The position numbers and the translations under genes were made by a program. Shown in pieces: positions 9,399 through 19,188 of a stretch of DNA of 64,000 nt. How positions within the stretch are numbered: position 1 is the first letter of the stretch; every line of letters starts with the position of its first letter. Source of the DNA: Candidatus Udaeobacter sp. (GTDB lineage Bacteria; Verrucomicrobiota; Verrucomicrobiia; Chthoniobacterales; UBA10450); contig DASTMV010000054.1 of assembly GCA_035713885.1 (NCBI GenBank), positions 2,236-66,235 on the forward strand, read 5' to 3'. The notes under the pieces are model-generated. The model was given only the letters and a program-made list of their open reading frames with translations, ran no database searches and was not told the origin of the DNA.

Positions 9399-11204
9399 AT
9401 GAAGAATCTCGCGCCTGCGATAATTCCGCCGAAGGGACTCGGTGATACAAAGCCTGCTAACAAGGCCGTGCTCGAGTGGGTACAGGAGATCGCCACACTG
9501 ACAGAGCCGGAAAATATTTTCTGGTGCGACGGCTCAGAGCGCGAACGCGATTTTTTGATCGCTGAATCGCTTAACCAAAACGTGCTGATCGAGCTGAACC
9601 AAAACAAAGTGCCACACTGCTACCTGCATCGGTCCAACCCGAATGATGTGGCCCGCGTGGAGCAATTCACGTTCGTCTGCACTCCAACAAAGAACGAAGC
9701 CGGGCCAACAAATAATTGGTCGGAGCCGGCAGAGACGTATGCGAAACTGCGGAATCTGCTCAGGGGCGCGATGCGCGAGCGCACGATGTTTGTCATTCCC
9801 TACATGATGGGGCCGGGGGATTCGGAGCTAGCCAAAATCGGCTTTGAGATCACTGATTCCAAATACGTTGTGCTTAGCATGAGAATCATGACCCGCATGG
9901 GCGAGACCGCGCTCAGACGGCTCGGAAACGATCCGAACACCGAATGGAGCCGCGGCGTGCATTCGTTGCTCGACGTCAATCCTGAGCGGCGGTTCATTTG
10001 TCATTTTCCGCAGGATAACACCATTATTTCAGTGGGTTCTGGTTACGGCGGAAATGTTTTGTTGAGCAAGAAATGTCTTGCCTTACGGATCGGTTCGTAC
10101 CTGGCGCGCACGCAAGGCTGGATGGCTGAGCACATGCTGATTCTCGGCGTGGAATCGCCCGAAGGTCACAAACGTTACGTGGCGGCAGCGTTCCCGAGCG
10201 CATGCGGCAAAACTAATCTCGCGATGCTTATCCCGCCCGCGCATTTCAAAGGCTGGAAAGTAACGACAGTGGGCGACGACATCGCTTGGATGCAAATTCG
10301 TGACGGTCGATTGTACGCCGTCAATCCGGAGAACGGTTACTTCGGCGTTGTCCCCGGTACGAGCTACAAATCAAATCCGAACGCGATGCAATCGATTGCC
10401 TGCGATACAATTTATACAAACGTCGCGCTCACAGATGACGGCGACGTATGGTGGGAGGGCAAAGACGGACCGCCGCCGGCGCATGCATTTGATTGGCGTG
10501 GAGATGATTGGACACCGGAATCAAAAGAGAAAGCTGCGCATCCTAACAGCCGGTTCACCACGCCGATGCGCAACAACCCCGTGCTCGATTGTGATATCGA
10601 GAAGGGCAAAGGCGTGCCAATCAGCGCCATTATTTTCGGGGGCCGCCGCAGCGACACCGTGCCGCTGGTATGTCAGGCTTTCGATTGGGATCATGGTGTG
10701 TATTTGGGCGCCACGATGGCTTCCGAAACAACCGCCGCGGCCGCTGGTGCCGTCGGACGAGTGCGGCGCGATCCGATGGCCATGCTGCCGTTCTGCGGAT
10801 ATAACATTGGTGATTATTTTCAGCACTGGCTGGATATAGGAAGGCGTCTCACGAATCCGCCGCTGATCTTTAATGTGAATTGGTTCCGGAAAAGCGCGGA
10901 TGGGAAATTCCTGTGGCCCGGGTTTGGCGAAAACATGCGCGTGCTTAAGTGGATTATCGACCGTTGCGATGGGCACGGTGGTGCGGTCAACTCACCGGTA
11001 GGCTGGCTTCCCGGCCCCCATGATCTCGATCTTGCTGAACTCGAAATTGATCACAACGCCGTCGACGAACTCCTCGGGCTAGACCACGAGGAATGGCAAA
11101 AAGAAATAGCCGCACACAAGCAATACTTTGACTCGTTAGGCTCCGTAGTGCCTGAACGGTTGCGAAAACAACAGAAGCAACTCGCCGCGCGCTTTAAACT
11201 GTAA
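9399..11204 (+). CDS. pckG: Phosphoenolpyruvate carboxykinase (GTP)
   Basis: 601 aa. Kinase-1a motif FPSACGKTNLAML and other GTP-PEPCK blocks (WMAEHMLILG, GDDIAWM). Confidence 0.95.
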   Translation: MKNLAPAIIPPKGLGDTKPANKAVLEWVQEIATLTEPENIFWCDGSERERDFLIAESLNQNVLIELNQNKVPHCYLHRSNPNDVARVEQFTFVCTPTKNEAGPTNNWSEPAETYAKLRNLLRGAMRERTMFVIPYMMGPGDSELAKIGFEITDSKYVVLSMRIMTRMGETALRRLGNDPNTEWSRGVHSLLDVNPERRFICHFPQDNTIISVGSGYGGNVLLSKKCLALRIGSYLARTQGWMAEHMLILGVESPEGHKRYVAAAFPSACGKTNLAMLIPPAHFKGWKVTTVGDDIAWMQIRDGRLYAVNPENGYFGVVPGTSYKSNPNAMQSIACDTIYTNVALTDDGDVWWEGKDGPPPAHAFDWRGDDWTPESKEKAAHPNSRFTTPMRNNPVLDCDIEKGKGVPISAIIFGGRRSDTVPLVCQAFDWDHGVYLGATMASETTAAAAGAVGRVRRDPMAMLPFCGYNIGDYFQHWLDIGRRLTNPPLIFNVNWFRKSADGKFLWPGFGENMRVLKWIIDRCDGHGGAVNSPVGWLPGPHDLDLAELEIDHNAVDELLGLDHEEWQKEIAAHKQYFDSLGSVVPERLRKQQKQLAARFKL

Positions 11205-11276
11205 TCGGAGCCCGCCAATTGCAGCGTGCTGATATTGGGCTAAATCGTGCTCGTTCGATTTGAAGCGCTGAGCTAA

Positions 11277-12356
11277 TCAGGTTACAGCCGCCGATTGTTT
11301 CAACCGCTCGGTGATGTCCGCGGCTTGCAACGACTGAATCAATTCACCGAGGTCGCCGTCCATCACCCCATCCAGATTGTAAAGTGTTAAACCAATTCGA
11401 TGATCTGTGACCCGGTTCTGTGGAAAATTGTAGGTGCGAATTTTCTCTTCGCGTCCACCGGTGCCGATCTGGCCTCGGCGTTGGGCGCTGTATTTCTCTG
11501 CTTCCTCGCGTTGCCTGTGCTCCAGCAAGCGTGCGCGCAGGATCGACAGCGCGCGTTCCTTGTTTTTGATTTGGCTGCGGCCGTCCTGGCAGCGAACAAT
11601 CATCCCGCTGGGGATGTGCATCACCTGTACGGCCGAGTCTGTAGTATTGACACCCTGCCCACCTGGCCCTCCCGCGCGTGAGACCTCGATGCGCAGATCT
11701 TCCGGTCTCAATTCCACATCGACATCTTCCGCCTCTGGCAAGACCGCTACGGTGGCCGTTGATGTATGAATGCGACCCTGTGCCTCAGTCGCAGGCACGC
11801 GCTGCACGCGGTGCACGCCGCTCTCGTAACGGAGTTTTCGAAAAACCGATTCGCCCGAAACTCTGAAGATTGCTTCCTTGAACCCTCCAAGCTCTGAAGG
11901 ACTTGAATCGAGGTCCTCGCTTTTTAATCCCGCAGATTCCGCATAGCGCTGATACATCCGGTAAAGGTCCGCTGCGAAGATCGCGGCTTCGTTGCCGCCC
12001 GTGCCAGCGCGGATTTCTATTATCGCATCGCGCTCTTCCGTTTCATCCACTGGGAGTAAGGCGACTTGAATATTCCGCTCAAGATCGGCCACGCGGCTTT
12101 CGAGCTCCGGAATCTCATCGTCAGCCATGGCCGCGATCTCAACATCGCGCGACATCGCCAGTTCACGGTTATCGTCCAATTGCCTGCGTACGGTCTCGAG
12201 CGTGCTCCATTTTTCGAGTAGATCCTTCAGATTCGCATGTTCACGCATTATTTGCTCGGCGCGTTTGCGGTTATCGAACAGCCGCGGGTCCGCGATCTCG
12301 CGCTCGAGTAGTTCGAAGCGTTCGCGTCTGAGTTGAATAAGAGAATTTAGATCCAT
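11277..12356 (-). CDS. prfA: Peptide chain release factor 1
   Basis: GGQ motif (GPGGQGVNTTDSAV) and RF1-type PxT tripeptide (VQRVPATEAQGRIHTS). Confidence 0.95.
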   Translation of the reverse strand: MDLNSLIQLRRERFELLEREIADPRLFDNRKRAEQIMREHANLKDLLEKWSTLETVRRQLDDNRELAMSRDVEIAAMADDEIPELESRVADLERNIQVALLPVDETEERDAIIEIRAGTGGNEAAIFAADLYRMYQRYAESAGLKSEDLDSSPSELGGFKEAIFRVSGESVFRKLRYESGVHRVQRVPATEAQGRIHTSTATVAVLPEAEDVDVELRPEDLRIEVSRAGGPGGQGVNTTDSAVQVMHIPSGMIVRCQDGRSQIKNKERALSILRARLLEHRQREEAEKYSAQRRGQIGTGGREEKIRTYNFPQNRVTDHRIGLTLYNLDGVMDGDLGELIQSLQAADITERLKQSAAVT

Positions 12357-12419
12357 GATAAAGCCGCTGGCACGACAGCAGCATAAAACACCGGAATCGT
12401 CGATCCCGGCTAAAACGAG

Positions 12420-12647
12420 TTAAGCTTTCTTCCCAGCGCGAGCGGCTTTGGTGCTGCCGTAGCGTCTGGCGAATTTCTCGACCCGCCCGGCTGTGTCGAC
12501 AAACTTTTGTTCGCCGGTGAAAAAAGGATGACAAGCAGCGCAAATACCGATCTTAATATCGCGACGCGTGGAGCGGGTGTGATACACCGCGCCGCACGCG
12601 CACACCATGTCAGTCTCGTAGTATTCTGGATGAATGTCTGCTTTCAT
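12420..12647 (-). CDS. rpmE: 50S ribosomal protein L31
   Basis: [29 protein letters not shown] 12420..12779 trimmed to the internal ATG at 12645-12647. Confidence 0.9.
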   Translation of the reverse strand: MKADIHPEYYETDMVCACGAVYHTRSTRRDIKIGICAACHPFFTGEQKFVDTAGRVEKFARRYGSTKAARAGKKA

Positions 12648-12697
12648 CTTTCGATCGGAGCGCGGAATGTATTCGCCCAAGACGCTCCCTGCAAGTG

Positions 12698-14137
12698 ATG
12701 AAATCGGACGATCCATTGCTCCATGCGTGGCGGAGGACGCTCTCGCACAAGAATAATCGTGCTGCGGTCCTCGATCCAAGCGGTAAAATGGTCCGCACGT
12801 TCCTCGATATTGACGAGCGAGCGACGGTTTTCGAAGCGAAACTCAACAGATTGTCTGCGAACGCGGTCGTCGGTGTGCAAATTGGGAATCATGAGGATTG
12901 GCCATCCGTCTTCATCGCATGTTTGCGCAAGGAACTCGTTGTTCTCCCTCTTGACCAATCCATTAGTGAGCAGCAACGCGAGGCTGCGTTGAACATCTGC
13001 GGAGCGACCGCTGTAGTCTTCACTGGCTCTCGCGGGGATTCTCCCGAGATAATTCGATTGGACACAGCTGACGCCGCCGCAGATTGGGGTCAAAAGATGC
13101 CCTCGCTTCTGAAACTTACGTCAGGCACAACGGCCGCACCGCGCGCAATTCGATTTCGCAGTCATCAGCTTTTGGCTGATTGCAATCAAATTTGCGATAC
13201 GATGGGTATTTCAGATGGAGATCTGAATTTTGCCGTCATTCCAATTTCCCATTCCTATGGCTTTAGTAATTTGCTTACGCCGTTAATTGTGCGCGGCGTG
13301 CCAATGGTAGTGAGTCGCGACAGAACACCACGAGCCGTCCTTGATGATATTGCGCGTTCGGGCGCGACAGTTTTTCCTGGAATGCCAGTTTTTTACCAGG
13401 CCTTTTGCGACGTGGATGATGTCTCCACGCTACCAAAACTTCGGCTGTGCATTTCTGCCGGTGCAGCGCTTGGCGGCAAGGTCGCCAGAAACTTTTTCGA
13501 GAAGTTTAAACAGCCGATCCATTCGTTTTACGGCGCTTCGGAGTGCGGCGGAATCTGTTACGACCGCGACGGCAGAACCTTCGAAGACGGCCACGTCGGT
13601 CGGGCAATGGAAAACGTCGAGGTTGAGCTTGTTGATTCAACCGCGTCCGTAAGCCAGATCCGCGTTCGCAGCGCAGGGGTGAGCGACGGCTATTTTCCCG
13701 AGCCGGACGAGGAAAGGCTGGGGAATGGAGTTTTCGTTCCGGATGATCTGCTGAGTCGGCACAATTCGGTGCTCAAGATTGTCGGCCGGGTTTCCGATGT
13801 GATTAATGTTGCGGGAAAGAAAGTAAATCCGGCGGAGATTGAAGCGCATTTGCTGCGTTTCGAGGGCGTTCGGCAGGCGGTCGTGTTCGGTTGTGCCACA
13901 GGCGCAGGCTTACGAAACGAAGAAGTGGCAGCCTGCGTGATTGCGTCACCGCAGGTAAGCCAAAACGATCTTGTACGATTTTGCCGTGTTGCTCTGAGTC
14001 CATGGCAGGTGCCAAAACGAATCTTCATCGTAGACGCATTTCCCACCAACGAGCGCGGCAAGATCAGCAGACGTGAGCTGGCACAGCGATTCTCAGGCAG
14101 GGATCAGAGTTCTCCATTGCGAAGATTGGATTCTTGA
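12698..14137 (+). CDS. AMP-dependent synthetase/ligase (ANL adenylate-forming superfamily)
   Basis: Degenerate P-loop-like [10 protein letters not shown], then [10 protein letters not shown] and [21 protein letters not shown] with a C-terminal RGKISRREL lysine motif. Confidence 0.75.
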   Translation: MKSDDPLLHAWRRTLSHKNNRAAVLDPSGKMVRTFLDIDERATVFEAKLNRLSANAVVGVQIGNHEDWPSVFIACLRKELVVLPLDQSISEQQREAALNICGATAVVFTGSRGDSPEIIRLDTADAAADWGQKMPSLLKLTSGTTAAPRAIRFRSHQLLADCNQICDTMGISDGDLNFAVIPISHSYGFSNLLTPLIVRGVPMVVSRDRTPRAVLDDIARSGATVFPGMPVFYQAFCDVDDVSTLPKLRLCISAGAALGGKVARNFFEKFKQPIHSFYGASECGGICYDRDGRTFEDGHVGRAMENVEVELVDSTASVSQIRVRSAGVSDGYFPEPDEERLGNGVFVPDDLLSRHNSVLKIVGRVSDVINVAGKKVNPAEIEAHLLRFEGVRQAVVFGCATGAGLRNEEVAACVIASPQVSQNDLVRFCRVALSPWQVPKRIFIVDAFPTNERGKISRRELAQRFSGRDQSSPLRRLDS

Positions 14138-14219
14138 TACAGTCGTGATATGGCCTTTGGTTAGTCGAGCAGGATACCTACGCCGAAACCGGCCGCAAAA
14201 TCCATACTACACGTCCAAA

Positions 14220-15194
14220 ATGGAACACTCCAACAGCGAAGAGCGCGACCAGATCGACCGGCCACCAGTTCGGCAGGAAGACGAATCTGCCGACACTAGC
14301 CGCGAAGGTTTTCAATCCGATGATTGGTGGCGCGCATCGCCCCCTGCATCCGATTGGGCCGAACCGGTTACGGAGGGCGAGACGGCTGAAGTCGCGCGGT
14401 CGCCAGATTCAGAAAAAGCTGATGTCTACTTTTGCGGGCGCACAAATCTATTTCCGTTGAACCTTGCGATTCGAGCAATTGGAAAGGAAAACCTGACCGG
14501 TTTGCTGCAAGCCCGCTGGGACCGGGAACCGATTGATGTTCTCGCGCGGGACGGCGAGATCGTTTTATCCACAACTCGTGATCCTGAACTTTATTGTCCG
14601 GACACTCCGGCCATTCTCGCGAGCGTGGATACGCAGCTGATCACAAACGCTCGCGAGCAGCAGAAGGAAAATGGAATTCCTTTTCTGCTTACACTTGCCC
14701 GCAACGAATCGGTCGAGCGGCAGCCAGCCTTGGATCTGATGCGACGTTATGGGCAAATGCTCTTTTCTCAACTATGGCTGGCCCCAAATGTGTGGATCAT
14801 GTTTCAAAAGGATACGGATCTGTTAAGCAGTTTCGGTGATGTCACTGGTGATCCGGATGTGGACGATTGGTCGTTGGAGACGTTGCGATTGGTTCAAGGC
14901 CCTGATCAACTGGCGGGGTTCGATCCCGGCTCCATTCCTTCTTTTACAAGAGGCGGGTTTGATCGTGTGCAGAAATTGAAGCTGACTTCCGATGAGGCGC
15001 AGTTCGCCTCGCAATTCAATGGTGCCCGGTCCGTGCAGCAGATTGCAAAAAATCTGCGGCTCGATTTGAAATCTGCACGGCAATTACTGTTCCGTTTCGT
15101 TGCTCTTGAAATTATCGAATGTTGGCCTGGCAGCACCGCTGCAAAGCCAGAACCGAAGGGCGGCTTCGGGCGATTCTTTGGGCGGGGGCGATAA
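14220..15194 (+). CDS. Hypothetical protein, possibly DUF4388-like
   Basis: Acidic disordered N-terminus, then GRTNLFPLNLAIRAIGKENLTGLLQ.. resembling the DUF4388 pattern. The C-terminal segment KLTSDEAQFASQFNGARSVQQIAK resembles a small HTH-like unit. Start trimmed to ATG at 14220. Confidence 0.4.
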   Translation: MEHSNSEERDQIDRPPVRQEDESADTSREGFQSDDWWRASPPASDWAEPVTEGETAEVARSPDSEKADVYFCGRTNLFPLNLAIRAIGKENLTGLLQARWDREPIDVLARDGEIVLSTTRDPELYCPDTPAILASVDTQLITNAREQQKENGIPFLLTLARNESVERQPALDLMRRYGQMLFSQLWLAPNVWIMFQKDTDLLSSFGDVTGDPDVDDWSLETLRLVQGPDQLAGFDPGSIPSFTRGGFDRVQKLKLTSDEAQFASQFNGARSVQQIAKNLRLDLKSARQLLFRFVALEIIECWPGSTAAKPEPKGGFGRFFGRGR

Positions 15195-15223
15195 AGTCGC
15201 GCGTTAGCGGCTGGCGCACTCTC

Positions 15224-15916
15224 ATGAGGAAAAGAATTCTCGTTGTCGATATCGGCGGCACATTCGTCAAACTGCTGATGTCGAAGCGAGTAGAACGCGA
15301 ATTTGCTTCCGGTCCACGAATGACCCCTAAACAGTTCATCACCAAATTCAAGGAGACCGTGCAGGACTGGAAATTTGATGTCGTATCGATCGGTTTTCCC
15401 GCGCCGGTGCGCAAAGGGCGTATTCTCCGCAGCCCTAAGCACCTCGGCAAGAACTGGATTAATTTCGATTTTGCGCGGGCACTCGGAGTACCGGTGCGCG
15501 TCGTCAATGACGCAGCCATGCAGGCGCTTGGCAGCTATCTCGGCGGCGGGCGGATGCTTTTTCTTGGTCTCGGAACAGGGCTCGGGTCGGCGCTGGTTTG
15601 GGACAGAATTCTAATGTCACTCGAGTTGGGCGATCTTCCATACCCGAATGAAAGGATCATCGAAAACAATCTAGGTCTTCCTGGGCTGACGACGCTAGGC
15701 AAGAGGAGGTGGAAACGGGAAGTGTCTTACGCAGTCGGCCAACTGCGGCGAGGATTCATTGCCGATTACGTCGTCCTTGGTGGCGGGTTGGTGCATCGGT
15801 TCGGGCGGTTACCGAAGGAAATTGTGCGCGGTCAAAATGAAAATTCATTTCTTGGCGGACGCCGCTTGTGGGAAACGAGAAGGAATTCGCACGAGCTGAA
15901 GTGGCACTTGGTGTGA
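15224..15916 (+). CDS. Short ROK-family sugar kinase (polyphosphate glucokinase-like), paralog A
   Basis: MRKRILVVDIGGTFVK (ATPase phosphate-1), VVNDAAMQALG, LGLGTGLGSAL. About 230 aa without the Zn-Cys motif, as in PpgK-type kinases. More than half the positions match 18499..19188 by eye. Confidence 0.75.
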   Translation: MRKRILVVDIGGTFVKLLMSKRVEREFASGPRMTPKQFITKFKETVQDWKFDVVSIGFPAPVRKGRILRSPKHLGKNWINFDFARALGVPVRVVNDAAMQALGSYLGGGRMLFLGLGTGLGSALVWDRILMSLELGDLPYPNERIIENNLGLPGLTTLGKRRWKREVSYAVGQLRRGFIADYVVLGGGLVHRFGRLPKEIVRGQNENSFLGGRRLWETRRNSHELKWHLV

Positions 15917-16032
15917 CGCAAGACTCTCCGATGGCAGTACGCAGTTACTAATTCCCGAGATAACCGGCATTCATTTGATTCAGCTTGACTTGGGCAAGCG
16001 GCATCACCACCATGCGCAAACCAAAGGATAAA

Positions 16033-16392
16033 ATGAAGAAACGTACTCTTGTTATCTCTGCTTTAGCCGTGGCAGTAACCGCGCTGTTGGCATCAACTTC
16101 GTTTGCTCAAAAAGGATCGGCCATGTCAAAGGCCCAAGCTATTGCGCAACAGCTTAACCTCACGCCGCAACAAAAGGAGAAAGTGTTACCGATCCTTATC
16201 GCCGAAGGACCAAAAGTCCAGGCAATCAAAAACGATAATTCGCTCTCGAAAATCCAAAAAATACAACAACTCAGAGCTATTCATCAGCAGAGCGATCCCC
16301 AGATGAAGGCGATTCTTTCCCCTGAGCAGTACCAAAAGCTGAAGCAGATTCGTTTACAGGCGATCCACGACGCGACACAAGGGCGATATTGA
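16033..16392 (+). CDS. Periplasmic LTXXQ-motif (Spy/CpxP-like) protein
   Basis: Signal peptide MKKRTLVISALAVAVTALLASTSFA. Repeated L(T/S)P(Q/E)Q motifs (LNLTPQQKEK, ILSPEQYQKL). Confidence 0.55.
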   Translation: MKKRTLVISALAVAVTALLASTSFAQKGSAMSKAQAIAQQLNLTPQQKEKVLPILIAEGPKVQAIKNDNSLSKIQKIQQLRAIHQQSDPQMKAILSPEQYQKLKQIRLQAIHDATQGRY

Positions 16393-16582
16393 GAGCGATC
16401 AGGGGCTATCGATCAGTAGCCGGGGCGTCAAATCGTCATTCGAGTCGCTTCGTGGCGGAATGTGCAGTTCTTAACGCACGCCATCGCACATAAAACAAGG
16501 TCCGGTCATTGCAAGTCGACCCTGGATTCCTGCTAGATCCAGTGCTCATTGAAGAGCGGTTACGTTGGAAAGGAGTCGCTTA

Positions 16583-17383
16583 ATGCCCGACGATCGACGA
16601 CAAATCACCGATCACTTCGCGAAGCTTTGCGGCATCGTCGCGAAACTTCGTGCGCCTGGTGGTTGTCCTTGGGATCGTGAACAGACCAACGACTCCTTAC
16701 TGCCAGCGCTCATTGAAGAGGCATATGAAACAGCTGAAGCCGCACGCGCACACGACGACACTCATTTTCGCGAGGAACTCGGTGATCTTTTATTGCTTGT
16801 AGTGATGCATGCCCAAATTGCGTGTGAAACCGGTCGGTTCGACATCGAAGAAGTGATTGGACAGGTGTCGGACAAATTGATCCGGCGACATCCGCATGTG
16901 TTTGGCACGAGCGACGCTCGGGACTCCCGCGCCGTTCTGAAACAATGGGAAGCGATCAAGCGCGAAGAGAAAAAGGGCGACTCTCATTATCTTGCCAGTT
17001 TGCCGAAGGCGTTGCCGGCTCTTGTGCGCGCGCAAAAAGCCCAGACCAAAGCCGCCCGGGTGAATTTTGACTGGACGGAACTCCGTGACGTGATTGCCAA
17101 GGTCGAAGAAGAACTGCGCGAAACAAAAGAGGCCATCGAGCTGCAACAGCGCAAATCGATCGCGGAGGAAATGGGTGATTTACTGTTCGCAGCCGTGAAC
17201 CTCGCGCGAAAATGCGACATCGACGCTGAAAGCACGCTGCAAATGGCTACGGACAAATTTGTCACGCGCTTCAATCGTCTGGAAGACGAGCTTAGGATAC
17301 GCGGCGTGAAGCTGGGCGATGTCGAGCTCGCGGAAATGGACGAAATCTGGAACCGAATCAAGAGCAGTAATCTCATGCGCTGA
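16583..17383 (+). CDS. mazG: Nucleoside triphosphate pyrophosphohydrolase MazG
   Basis: CPWDREQTNDSLLPALIEEAYE and a second EELGDLLF-type EExxE/D repeat (tandem MazG domains). GGAAAGGAG SD lies upstream of ATG 16583. Confidence 0.85.
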   Translation: MPDDRRQITDHFAKLCGIVAKLRAPGGCPWDREQTNDSLLPALIEEAYETAEAARAHDDTHFREELGDLLLLVVMHAQIACETGRFDIEEVIGQVSDKLIRRHPHVFGTSDARDSRAVLKQWEAIKREEKKGDSHYLASLPKALPALVRAQKAQTKAARVNFDWTELRDVIAKVEEELRETKEAIELQQRKSIAEEMGDLLFAAVNLARKCDIDAESTLQMATDKFVTRFNRLEDELRIRGVKLGDVELAEMDEIWNRIKSSNLMR

Positions 17384-17481
17384 ATCGTTATACTGGTATT
17401 TTCCGTAACGATTCGTGAGCGAGGATCGAACTTAGCAAAGGCATTTGTCATTCGTGATTTAGCATCCATATTTCGCCTCCC

Positions 17482-17925
17482 ATGACCCTCTTGATTAATC
17501 TTTGCCTGGGCATTTTCGTGCTGGTGGCTGCGCTAATGGTGTTTGTCATACTCATGCAGCGGCCAAAGAGCGAAGGCTTGGGGGCAGCCTTTGGCGGAGG
17601 CGTCACTGAGAACATTTTCGGCGCACAAACGACGAACGTGCTGGTGAAATTTACGACCTGGCTGGCCGGCATATTCTTCGTTCTCACCTTTGCATTATCA
17701 ATCCTCTACGCGCACCGAAGCACAGCCGGAAGCGCTTTCAGGCGTGAGCTGATGAAACAGCCGGTCGCACCGCAAACGTCAACTACGCCTGGCGCAGCAA
17801 AATCGTCGCCAGTCTCATCCCCGGCGATCTCACCGGCTCAAACATCGGCCGGCACATCCGTTGCGCCGAGTTCCGGCGCTAGCGTACCACCAGCGAGTTC
17901 ACCTGCAGCTACAGTGAAGCCTTAA
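17482..17925 (+). CDS. secG: Preprotein translocase subunit SecG with extended low-complexity tail
   Basis: Two TM helices flank the MQRPKSEGLGAAFGGG motif. About 60 extra C-terminal residues are rich in P/S/A/T. Confidence 0.8.
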   Translation: MTLLINLCLGIFVLVAALMVFVILMQRPKSEGLGAAFGGGVTENIFGAQTTNVLVKFTTWLAGIFFVLTFALSILYAHRSTAGSAFRRELMKQPVAPQTSTTPGAAKSSPVSSPAISPAQTSAGTSVAPSSGASVPPASSPAATVKP

Positions 17926-18410
17926 TACTGGCTTTTGTTGCGGGATTTCGTTTTGCGGGCGAATTTCGGCGGGAACAGCCACAGAAGTCTCCCTTCTTCC
18001 GCATCAGGATCGAAGTCGAGAGATGCGACGCCGGCTTTGGAAAGCTTGAGCGAAGCGCCGGTCAGCCCCGAAATGACAGTTGTAAAATCTGGTTCGTGCC
18101 CGACCAGCATCAGATTCTTTGAACGATGCCGGTTTAAAAGGATCCGCAGTTTGTTCATCTCAAATTCGGGTGCGAGCGATGCGTCCTCGCGCAGTTTCGC
18201 TTTTAAATATTCCGCGGCGATTTTCGCCGTTTGCAAGGCGCGCGGCAACGGGCTGCTCACGATCAAATCCGGTCGAACGTTCAGACGAGCCAGAAATTTC
18301 GCCACTTGGCGCGCCTCTTTCTTACCGAAATCGGTAAGCGGTCGCTCATCATCCGGCTTTGTCCAATTCGGCCAATCGGCCTCGCCGTGTCTAAGGAAAT
18401 AGAGTTGCAT
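17922..18410 (-). CDS. sixA: Phosphohistidine phosphatase SixA (histidine phosphatase superfamily)
   Basis: MQLYFLRHGEA catalytic RHG motif and LMLVGHEPD second His motif. ORF 17922..18563 trimmed to ATG at 18408-18410. Confidence 0.75.
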   Translation of the reverse strand: MQLYFLRHGEADWPNWTKPDDERPLTDFGKKEARQVAKFLARLNVRPDLIVSSPLPRALQTAKIAAEYLKAKLREDASLAPEFEMNKLRILLNRHRSKNLMLVGHEPDFTTVISGLTGASLKLSKAGVASLDFDPDAEEGRLLWLFPPKFARKTKSRNKSQY

Positions 18411-18498
18411 AATCAGACCTCGCACAAAGCCCATGAAGGGCACAACGGTAGATTCAAAATGGCCGTTGTATCCGTTGTGCTCTTTATGTGAACTCCTT

Positions 18499-19188
18499 TC
18501 ACAGGATTTGCCATTTTCGTTTGCCCGTACGCGGGTCGGTTTGCCAAAGCCGAACGCCGCCAAGAAAAGCGTTTTGATTGTGTCCTAATTCGACTCCGTC
18601 CGGCATGCTGTTCAACTTTTTCGCGTTGCCGCCGCCAAGAACGACGTAATCCGCAATAAGCGACTTCTTCAACAAAGCGACGGCGCGAACGACTTCGCGT
18701 TTCCATTCTTTTTCGCCCGAGCGTTTCATTCCTGATTTGCCAAGGTAATCCTCGATGATATGCCCATGGCCGTAAGGCAGGTCTCCTAGTTCCAGAGGCA
18801 ACACGTTTGTTTCCCAGATCAAGGTCGATCCCAATCCTGTTCCCAATCCGAGAAATAACATTCGCCCGCCGTGGAAACTGCCTAGCGCCTGCATGGCGGC
18901 ATCATTGATGATGCGAACTGGTTTGCCTAACGCCTTTTCGAAATTGAATCGTGTCCACCCCGGTCCGAGATGCTTTGGTTCGCTTAGGATGCCCCCGTTG
19001 TGGACCGGCGCTGGAAATCCTATCGAAATCGTGTCGAACTTCCAATCCTTGACCAACGCTTTCATTTGACCCACCAATTCACGCGGCGTCAGACCCGGAC
19101 CGGATTTGAATTTTCGTCGGCGCGCCCGCGAAATCATCAATTTGACGTTCGATCCCCCAATATCGGTGACCAGGATTCGTTTCTTCAC
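18499..19188 (-). CDS. Short ROK-family sugar kinase (polyphosphate glucokinase-like), paralog B
   Basis: (GTG)KKRILVTDIGGSNVK, IINDAAMQALG, LGLGTGLGSTL. The GTG start overlaps the ppk1 TGA (GTGA). Confidence 0.75.
   Translation of the reverse strand: MKKRILVTDIGGSNVKLMISRARRRKFKSGPGLTPRELVGQMKALVKDWKFDTISIGFPAPVHNGGILSEPKHLGPGWTRFNFEKALGKPVRIINDAAMQALGSFHGGRMLFLGLGTGLGSTLIWETNVLPLELGDLPYGHGHIIEDYLGKSGMKRSGEKEWKREVVRAVALLKKSLIADYVVLGGGNAKKLNSMPDGVELGHNQNAFLGGVRLWQTDPRTGKRKWQIL

Noticed and set aside
12648-12779. 44-codon extension of rpmE
   Set aside because: L31 family proteins start at MKADIHP. The extension has no support and crowds the divergent ANL gene.
16393-16582. Structured RNA (tmRNA, SRP RNA or RNase P) in the 190-nt gap before mazG
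   Set aside because: No match to the conserved cores I can recall: GGGGCUGAUUCUGGAUUCGAC for tmRNA, GGAAGCAGCC for SRP, GAGGAAAGUCCGG for RNase P. Treated as promoter or spacer.
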